Shown: positions 18,704 to 25,337 of the stretch, piece by piece
Layout: every line of letters starts with the position of its first letter
How positions within the stretch are numbered: the first letter of the stretch is position 1
Virus record (IMG/VR): IMGVR_UViG_3300012352_000154
Location: 1-28,764 of that record
DNA length: 28,764 bases
Direction: 5' to 3' (one strand)
DNA from: a virus
Taxonomy: Duplodnaviria; Caudoviricetes
Notes under the pieces: model-generated
The model's input: only the letters and a program-made list of their open reading frames with translations
What the model was told of the DNA's origin: nothing
Databases searched by the model: none
Position numbers and translations under genes: made by a program

Positions 18704-19781
18704 CAAAGTATATTTAGAGTTTGATGATAAAATTGAAATTAATTTCGACAGAGTTGTAATCTCTGAGCGATATGGCGTTTCAATGTACAAAGAATTAGAT
18801 AAAGTCGCATATGGCGAGTTAATCACATATAGCCAATCTTATGACGATATTGTTAAAGATGACTTCGCTGGATTCATCGCTTCAATAAAAGATTTCGCTA
18901 ATAACTCAAAAAAGAAAGTTATAATCTACTGCGATAAGTCATCTTATAAAAAGTTTATGGCTCAGTGGTTTAAGGTTATTCTTCCAAATTTAGATTTTGA
19001 AAGTTTCAAAAAGATTGTAGACTTTACAATCTATAATCAACGTATAGTTTCGAACACTCAACTATCTTCCGTTTACAGTGTAAATTTAAATTCTCTATGG
19101 GAAGGTGTTGGTGATATTAAAGAAGTTTGGGAGCAAGCTGAAGAAATTGACCCAGTACTTTTTGAAAACATGGAATTAAACTATTCCTATGAGTTTTTAT
19201 TTGCAACATATTTGTCTGGCGATTCTTCTAGAAAAGAAGAACTGCGCAAGACTCTACATATGTTCTTAAGACGTTGGTTAAAAGAAATGTTTACTGATAA
19301 CCGTCAAATGGTCTTATTGAATATCACTAATCATAAATTTTTAAGTACATTTAATATTGATCCAGAATTAGTTGATATTACTTTATTAGATCCTCTTGCT
19401 CCAATCCCACAACTAGAGTCTTATGCCGATGATGAGATTTGGGAACGTGACCAGAATCAATATGGTGAATGTAAACTTGAAGGTTTGAGCGAAGAAAAAG
19501 CAATAAAATTAAAAGATACTCTACTATCAATATTTGGTCAGTTTGAGGGTATGCAAACTAATCAAACTGTTTTTGGAACTCTTGATTATGTGACTGCTGC
19601 ATGCGCTGACAAATTATCTGACGAAGATATGGATAGTATTATTGACTATATTACTAGAGAACCGTTCGACACAGCAATTGTTCCAAGATTTGATTTCCAG
19701 AATGTAAACTTCCCACTTTTACAATTCTTCTTAGCAGAAAAATTTAACGAAAGAGATCTATCGAAATATAGATTACTATAA
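18687..19781 (+). CDS. Hypothetical acidic protein of the rSAM cassette (364 aa)
   Basis: Long ORF with an upstream GAGG Shine-Dalgarno, overlapping the previous gene. KKVIIYCD weakly resembles a phosphatase/rhodanese-type strand but there is no CX5R. Confidence 0.75.
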   Translation: MLHLFNKVYLEFDDKIEINFDRVVISERYGVSMYKELDKVAYGELITYSQSYDDIVKDDFAGFIASIKDFANNSKKKVIIYCDKSSYKKFMAQWFKVILPNLDFESFKKIVDFTIYNQRIVSNTQLSSVYSVNLNSLWEGVGDIKEVWEQAEEIDPVLFENMELNYSYEFLFATYLSGDSSRKEELRKTLHMFLRRWLKEMFTDNRQMVLLNITNHKFLSTFNIDPELVDITLLDPLAPIPQLESYADDEIWERDQNQYGECKLEGLSEEKAIKLKDTLLSIFGQFEGMQTNQTVFGTLDYVTAACADKLSDEDMDSIIDYITREPFDTAIVPRFDFQNVNFPLLQFFLAEKFNERDLSKYRLL

Positions 19782-19782
19782 C

Positions 19783-20847
19783 ATGCGTGAATTTATTATT
19801 GATCGCAAACGTGACCCTGAACAAGAATATACGTTACATCTATTTGAGTATTGTAATTTAAGATGTTCGTTTTGCTGGCAAGACCACGAGAATAGAATTG
19901 GTATTAATACGGTTTCAGAAAAACTGAAACCGATTGAAGAGTTTCTAAAAACAGAACCTCGCGAATCTGTTGTATTTAATGCAATGGGTGGCGAGGTTTT
20001 TGCACCTGAGATATTTGATACTCATCTGCTTTTTGAATACAAAGCGTTAATTGCTGGGATTAGAACCCTTGCTGTTCGTTACAATAAAAAAGTAAAGATT
20101 AACTGGGTCACCAACTTAGTAACAAATAAGATTGCCCTTATAGAATCTTTATTGTCATATTCTGAATCTGTTGGTGTAGAATCAAATCTTGTTACTTCTT
20201 ATGACCCACGTGGTCGTTTTAATGTAAATGATTTAATGGTGTTCAAAAAGAATATGGAGTATTTCGGTAAACGAATTACTTGTATTAGCATGCTTTTGAG
20301 TTCCCCAAACATTGACTATATTTTAAAAGATAAAGACAATTATTTCAAAAAGTTATACAATGAAGGATATTATATCTATTTTGATTATTACATGCCAGAT
20401 GAATCCGCTGAGTTTCAAGCACCCAGCGATATGCAACTGAGAGATGTTTTTAAACATTTAATAGATAATTACCCAAAGGTTCATCCAATAGCTGATTGGA
20501 TTGAGAATGATAAAAACTATGCATCTTGTCGTTCAAGTAAGTTAATACTTGCAGACGGTACAATGTGTCAATGTGGTAATCTAGTACAGGATGAAAAGGT
20601 TATTAAGTTTTATTCTTCTAAGATTGAAAAGATGGATAACTCTGCAATCGAAAATAGTTTCTTAGAAAAATATGATTGCGTTTCTTGCGAGTATCTAGAG
20701 CGATGCAGTTTTAGTTGTTTTATGCAACATGATTATAAGTTCAGGGAAGAATTACATGAATGTGTCTACAAAATTACGCACCGATATATCGACAATGTAC
20801 GATTACTCAGAAGAACCAACTATTCTTCCACCAAAAACGCCATCTGA
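19783..20847 (+). CDS. Radical SAM/SPASM-like protein 2 (354 aa)
   Basis: CNLRCSFC, MGGEVF, and C-terminal C...MCQC...CVSCEYLERCSFSC...C (Cx2Cx5Cx3C). Confidence 0.9.
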   Translation: MREFIIDRKRDPEQEYTLHLFEYCNLRCSFCWQDHENRIGINTVSEKLKPIEEFLKTEPRESVVFNAMGGEVFAPEIFDTHLLFEYKALIAGIRTLAVRYNKKVKINWVTNLVTNKIALIESLLSYSESVGVESNLVTSYDPRGRFNVNDLMVFKKNMEYFGKRITCISMLLSSPNIDYILKDKDNYFKKLYNEGYYIYFDYYMPDESAEFQAPSDMQLRDVFKHLIDNYPKVHPIADWIENDKNYASCRSSKLILADGTMCQCGNLVQDEKVIKFYSSKIEKMDNSAIENSFLEKYDCVSCEYLERCSFSCFMQHDYKFREELHECVYKITHRYIDNVRLLRRTNYSSTKNAI

Positions 20848-21337
20848 TGTTGAAGTTCAATTAGATAATTTACGTGTAACATATCCAGTAGTTCCTAGAA
20901 TTAGCGAAAGAAGAGCATACTTTTTTATATGGTTTAGCGATAAAAATATAGATCCAGACTTATACCATGATAGTCAAAGAAGTAAATATGATGTTCAATG
21001 GGTTCATTGTAAAAATAAAGAACATATAGAAAAAGGTGTTGCGATGATTCATATCTACGACGATGAGGTTATCATAGGAACTATAAAAACCGCAGGATAT
21101 ATGAATCGAAAAAGTAACATTGAAGTTAGAGCATTCATTCGTAAAATGTGGGGTGACATAATTTTAATGTTCGGTGATAAAAGTATTATTTGCCCTTCTG
21201 GGTCATACTTAGAGTGTCTACATTTAGTTATGAATCAAAGAAGAATAACACATGAACCGTATCACCGTGAAGTTATGAAACAGTTTGGATTTAAACGTGA
21301 TGGTGATTATTGGGTGAGGTATGGATCTAATAATTAA
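20795..21337 (+). CDS. Hypothetical protein, possibly a degenerate GNAT-like fold (~180 aa; start uncertain: 20729, 20756 or 20795)
   Basis: The ORF fills the gap between rSAM2 and rSAM3 and overlaps both. C-terminal YHREVMKQFGFKR resembles GNAT motif B (Y.k.GF), which is weak evidence. Confidence 0.6.
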   Translation: MYDYSEEPTILPPKTPSDVEVQLDNLRVTYPVVPRISERRAYFFIWFSDKNIDPDLYHDSQRSKYDVQWVHCKNKEHIEKGVAMIHIYDDEVIIGTIKTAGYMNRKSNIEVRAFIRKMWGDIILMFGDKSIICPSGSYLECLHLVMNQRRITHEPYHREVMKQFGFKRDGDYWVRYGSNN

Positions 21338-22379
21338 ACCAACCGAAAAGTGCAACTTTAAATGTACATTTTGTTCTTCCACTCATATCACTGAAGATAA
21401 GAGTCAAGAACTAGACCATCAATACATCTTTGATTTCTTAAAACGATTCCCAGAAACAAATACAATTATCGTTAATGGCGGTGACCCTTTAATGATGCCT
21501 CCAGAATATTACTGGAAGATTATTCGCCATCTAGACGAAATAGGTTCACACGCTAGTATTTCGATAGGTTCACACGCTAGTATTTCGTTTACAAGTAATC
21601 TATGGCCATTTTATAAAAACCCAGAGAAATGGGTTGACCTTTTCAACCACCAAAGAATGGGTATCACTACATCATTCCAATATGGTGGCGGGAGATTAAA
21701 GGGTGATTTATCAGAATTCACTGAAGAAGATTTTTGGGATGTTTCAGACGCTATGTTTAAACACTGCGGTTATAGACCTGACTTTATTTCTGTAATCACA
21801 GAGGAAAACGAACATCTTGCAATTAAAAATGTAGAGCTTGCAAAACGAATGGGTGTTGAATGTAAATTAAATTATGCGTTCTCATCTGGACCACCTGTTA
21901 AGTTTAAAAACATTATTATGGGTCAAGAAGGTAAACCATATCTTCTAGCCGATATTTACGAGATATACATAGAAATATGGAAGCGTGGTTTAGCACCCTG
22001 GGAATTTAATACCAAACAGATGATGAAACGTCTAAAGGGTAAAGCTACTTGTTGCCCTCAGAATAGAGAATGTGATGGTGGTATTCGTACACTACAACCT
22101 TCTGGAGATTATTATTCTTGTGGAGCATTTGGAGACGACAGACAGTTTCCGATAGATTTTAAAACAGAGATGGTTGGAGAAAAAGTATTTCCCATCCGCC
22201 ACGTAATGGAATTACAAACTATGAATGGAGAAGGTTGTTATACCTGTCCAATGTTCGAGATTTGTAATGGGTGTAAAAAGACTATTAAAGACCATAAGGA
22301 TTATGGTTTGAATGAGGTTCATTGCCGTAAAATGAAAACTCTAGCTGAGGATATTATTCGTGCTAACGAAACTAATTGA
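21321..22379 (+). CDS. Radical SAM/SPASM-domain protein 3 (352 aa)
   Basis: IIKPTEKCNFKCTFC, NGGDPL, and C-terminal CCP...EC...YYSCG...CYTCPMFEICNGC...HC. GAGG Shine-Dalgarno just upstream. Confidence 0.92.
   Translation: MDLIIKPTEKCNFKCTFCSSTHITEDKSQELDHQYIFDFLKRFPETNTIIVNGGDPLMMPPEYYWKIIRHLDEIGSHASISIGSHASISFTSNLWPFYKNPEKWVDLFNHQRMGITTSFQYGGGRLKGDLSEFTEEDFWDVSDAMFKHCGYRPDFISVITEENEHLAIKNVELAKRMGVECKLNYAFSSGPPVKFKNIIMGQEGKPYLLADIYEIYIEIWKRGLAPWEFNTKQMMKRLKGKATCCPQNRECDGGIRTLQPSGDYYSCGAFGDDRQFPIDFKTEMVGEKVFPIRHVMELQTMNGEGCYTCPMFEICNGCKKTIKDHKDYGLNEVHCRKMKTLAEDIIRANETN
21540..21587 (+). repeat. Perfect 24-bp tandem duplication (ATAGGTTCACACGCTAGTATTTCG x2), in frame, encoding IGSHASIS twice
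   Basis: Directly visible at 21540-21563 and 21564-21587. Confidence 0.95.
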
Positions 22380-23418
22380 TTTTAATTTAGAAGTTACTAA
22401 TGGTTGTCAATTTAATTGCACTGGTTGCAATGTTGATAAAGAGGGTAACTCATATCCAAGCGAAGAAGACTTTGATCGCATGGAAATTCTTATTGATGAC
22501 CTAAACAATAATGGTTTCCCAGCTATGAATTTAGCACTTGGTCCAACAGATATTATGACAAGTATTAATAGAGATAAAATCCTATCTAGCGAAAGGATAA
22601 AATCTTTATCTAAAAAGTTCATGAAGACTGCTATCAACTGCGCATTCTTAGACCCATTTGACGAAAACTATATTAGGCTTGGTAAACAATTAAACTGGTT
22701 GCTTGCTGGTAAAATGGTAAAATTTGTAATACCATTTGAAGCGTACCATATAGATAATAAACAGTATATTGATAGAATTAGACGTCGTAGAGATTTAGTA
22801 TTAAGTCAAATGCCAGACGTAACTCATACCAAAACTTATCTTATTGTAAATTATGAAACAACTTCTATTTACGATAAAGAGAACGATAAAAATATTACAG
22901 AACAGCTAGTTTTAAAGGTATATAATTCTCCACTTCTTGAAGACTTTGCAGTTGATTTAGTATTAGGTCATGCAAGGGCAAACCTTCGCGAAGAAGATAA
23001 TTCTACAAAGTTTATAGATTCTGCAAAGAGATTAAAAAGTATAATGGCATCAGCCAGAGAGAAATATGGTAACTCTGTAGATATCGCTGAAGTAAAAGAT
23101 TCAGAAGGTAGAGATTGGGATATATTTTATAAAGCTGGTAAGTTATATCTAACGCCATTTATTCTAGAAGGTTTAGCCAACTTCGATGAGTTGTTTGAAA
23201 TTAAAAACGACTGGACGTTATCTGGTGTTTATGAAAGTTATAATAGTGGATTTGTAGAACAATTAGAATTTGCTATGCAAGCTAAAGAATGTAAATCTTG
23301 TCAGTTTGTTGCACAATGTGCCGAACGAGGTGTTCATACTTTAATGAAGATTATGAATACTGAAGATTGCATCAGTCCAGCAAAAGATGTTGCGAAAAGT
23401 ATAAACTGGCATTTATGA
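22360..23418 (+). CDS. Divergent radical SAM-like protein 4 (352 aa)
   Basis: CQFNCTGC (CxxxCxxC without the usual aromatic residue) and GGE replaced by LGPTD. C-terminal CKSCQFVAQC...C. GTG start with upstream GAGG. Confidence 0.75.
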   Translation: MLTKLIDFNLEVTNGCQFNCTGCNVDKEGNSYPSEEDFDRMEILIDDLNNNGFPAMNLALGPTDIMTSINRDKILSSERIKSLSKKFMKTAINCAFLDPFDENYIRLGKQLNWLLAGKMVKFVIPFEAYHIDNKQYIDRIRRRRDLVLSQMPDVTHTKTYLIVNYETTSIYDKENDKNITEQLVLKVYNSPLLEDFAVDLVLGHARANLREEDNSTKFIDSAKRLKSIMASAREKYGNSVDIAEVKDSEGRDWDIFYKAGKLYLTPFILEGLANFDELFEIKNDWTLSGVYESYNSGFVEQLEFAMQAKECKSCQFVAQCAERGVHTLMKIMNTEDCISPAKDVAKSINWHL

Positions 23419-24335
23419 TTCTATCTATCAACCCTACATATTATTGTAATTTTCGTTGCGATTTTTGCTACCTTACAGAGTCGCAATTATCTGATAGAAA
23501 ATTATTAAAGTTATCTAGATTAGAAGAAATGTTGGGAGAGATAACATCATCCGTGAAAATTGACATGGTTGATATTTATGGTGGTGAGGTTGGATTAATC
23601 TGTAAAGATTATTGGAATAAACTAATTGAAATATTACAGATATATGGAATTGAAGACATCAATCTGATAACAAACCTTTCGGCTGTTAATGATATTACAA
23701 CAGACCCAAGAGTTTATACTTCGGTTTCTTATGATTTTGAAGCTAGAGAAGAACACGAAAGAGTTTACAGAAATATGGCTCTTTTAAATAAACCGTTTTC
23801 TATTCTTATGCTCGCATCTCCAAAGTTCTTAGAGTTAGATACTGTTGAAATGATTGAGTCGTTAAACTTATTACCCAATCTAGAGTCAGTAGAGATAAAA
23901 CCGTATAGTTCTAATCAGTCAAACACCCACACCGTATTATATACTGAGTATGAAAATAAAGTCAAATCTTTTTTACAGTATTCTAATAAGAAGTTTGCAT
24001 TTGTAAATCAACACCTTTTGGACACTGTAGTTTCCAAAGAAAGAAATAGTTTTTCAGACGACCATATCTATATAACACCTCATGGTAAGTATGCAGTGTT
24101 GGAATTTGATTTAAACGATAATGAATTCTTTTTGGAATACGATAACTTAGACCAATATTGGGATTGGTGTAAGAAAGAAAAGGATCGTGTAAGTAAGAAT
24201 AAATATTGTTCGAACTGCGAGTATTATGGGAACTGTTTATCTGAGCATCTTAGAGAAGTTAAGAGTTTAGATAATAGTTGTAATGGTTTTAAACATTTAA
24301 TTGACTGGTATAAAAATGAACGAGTGGCGAGTTAG
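23415..24335 (+). CDS. Radical SAM protein 5 with C-terminal Cys cluster (306 aa)
   Basis: Start moved to ATG 23415 (ATGA overlap with the rSAM4 stop). CNFRCDFC, YGGEVG, and C-terminal CSNCEYYGNCLSEH...SC. Confidence 0.88.
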   Translation: MILSINPTYYCNFRCDFCYLTESQLSDRKLLKLSRLEEMLGEITSSVKIDMVDIYGGEVGLICKDYWNKLIEILQIYGIEDINLITNLSAVNDITTDPRVYTSVSYDFEAREEHERVYRNMALLNKPFSILMLASPKFLELDTVEMIESLNLLPNLESVEIKPYSSNQSNTHTVLYTEYENKVKSFLQYSNKKFAFVNQHLLDTVVSKERNSFSDDHIYITPHGKYAVLEFDLNDNEFFLEYDNLDQYWDWCKKEKDRVSKNKYCSNCEYYGNCLSEHLREVKSLDNSCNGFKHLIDWYKNERVAS

Positions 24336-24711
24336 GCAAGAAGTATATCATCGTTTGAGAGAAGAAAACCCAGACGATTTAAATAATATTGATATACAGA
24401 TGACGGAAAACGTTGTCGAAGAAGCTATTGATTATTTTAAAACCAAAAATAAAGGTTGGATTTATCCAGCCAAAAGTTACATGGTTGGAATATGTTACAG
24501 TAAGTGGTTATCTGAAAGGTTTGGGGATACACCCCTGAGTTACTTAGATAACCCAAACTTATTATATTCCAATGATCCATTCTTTGTACCATATAGCGAA
24601 GATAAAGAAACATATGATAAAATCCTAGAAACTGTTACTTGGGATTTTGACAAACAACAAGGTATGTGTCCTGATGTTTGGGTATATTTTATGGATGAGT
24701 TTTTACTATGA
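24316..24711 (+). CDS. Hypothetical protein of the rSAM cassette (131 aa)
   Basis: ATG 24316 overlaps the end of rSAM5, and there is an ATGA overlap with the next gene. No recognisable motif. Confidence 0.7.
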   Translation: MNEWRVRQEVYHRLREENPDDLNNIDIQMTENVVEEAIDYFKTKNKGWIYPAKSYMVGICYSKWLSERFGDTPLSYLDNPNLLYSNDPFFVPYSEDKETYDKILETVTWDFDKQQGMCPDVWVYFMDEFLL

Positions 24712-25283
24712 TACAACATTTATGGTCAACACCTTTCTCTAAAACTAAAATGGGTTCAGAGATTTCAAGTAGTGTTGCAAACTTATTATTTACAGAATAT
24801 GATTTAATGTCTCCACCGAACGATTTTGGTTCTAGGAATATACTGGATAATAAGTCTGAAGTTATGCAGGAGTTTAAAGAAACTGTCGTCATTCCTTCTT
24901 TTAATTCTTTTCTTAGAAACACCATAGGAAAGGAAATATCAGATTGGAAAGGTGGTTATAGACTTAATGGTTGGGTAGCTGGTAAAGGAAATGATTATAC
25001 CATAAACTACCATAACCATAGTGGTGCTCAACTATCTGCAGTTTTCTATATTATGTGCGAAGAATACAATTCTGGTGGAGAGATATCGTTTACTGACCCT
25101 CGACAGAATGCCAATAGAGGTTATGATAATAACTTCTCAGAGTGGTTTAAGCACCTAAGATTTACACCAGAAACTGGGGATATTGTGGTATTTCCCAGCT
25201 TTCTTTACCATTTTGTGTCCACATATCAGGGAAATATAAGGTTGGCTATCCCCGTAGACCTCTTTCTATTTGCAAATAGCTGA
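24708..25283 (+). CDS. Putative 2OG-Fe(II) oxygenase (TIGR02466 / 2OG-FeII_Oxy_5-like, 191 aa)
   Basis: LWSTPF N-terminus, HNHSGAQLSAVFYI, GGEISFTDPR, PETGDIVVFPSFLYHFV and terminal R.AI match the pattern of this phage-abundant DSBH family. Confidence 0.82.
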   Translation: MIQHLWSTPFSKTKMGSEISSSVANLLFTEYDLMSPPNDFGSRNILDNKSEVMQEFKETVVIPSFNSFLRNTIGKEISDWKGGYRLNGWVAGKGNDYTINYHNHSGAQLSAVFYIMCEEYNSGGEISFTDPRQNANRGYDNNFSEWFKHLRFTPETGDIVVFPSFLYHFVSTYQGNIRLAIPVDLFLFANS

Positions 25284-25293
25284 TGCTAAATAA

Positions 25294-25301
25294 TATAAAT
25301 A
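25294..25301 (+). promoter_or_regulatory. Canonical T4 late promoter TATAAATA (with a tandem variant GCTAAATA at 25285-25292)
   Basis: Exact consensus in the intergenic gap 36 nt upstream of the tail-fibre ATG at 25338. Confidence 0.8.
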
Positions 25302-25337
25302 TAACAGTTGAAAAACTTTCATTTTAGGGAAAGATAA

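Noticed and set aside
21540-21587. 24-bp direct repeat as a CRISPR array or insertion-site duplication
   Set aside because: There are only two adjacent copies, with no spacer and no intervening element.
15894-25283. Cassette as a DNA hypermodification (e.g. 7-deazaguanine/QueE) or cofactor pathway, or as a mobile element
   Set aside because: I see no QueC/QueD/FolE/DpdA-like or nucleotide-handling genes, and no integrase, transposase or terminal repeats. SPASM-type tails and the Cys/His-repeat protein fit peptide modification better, although the alternative is not formally excluded.
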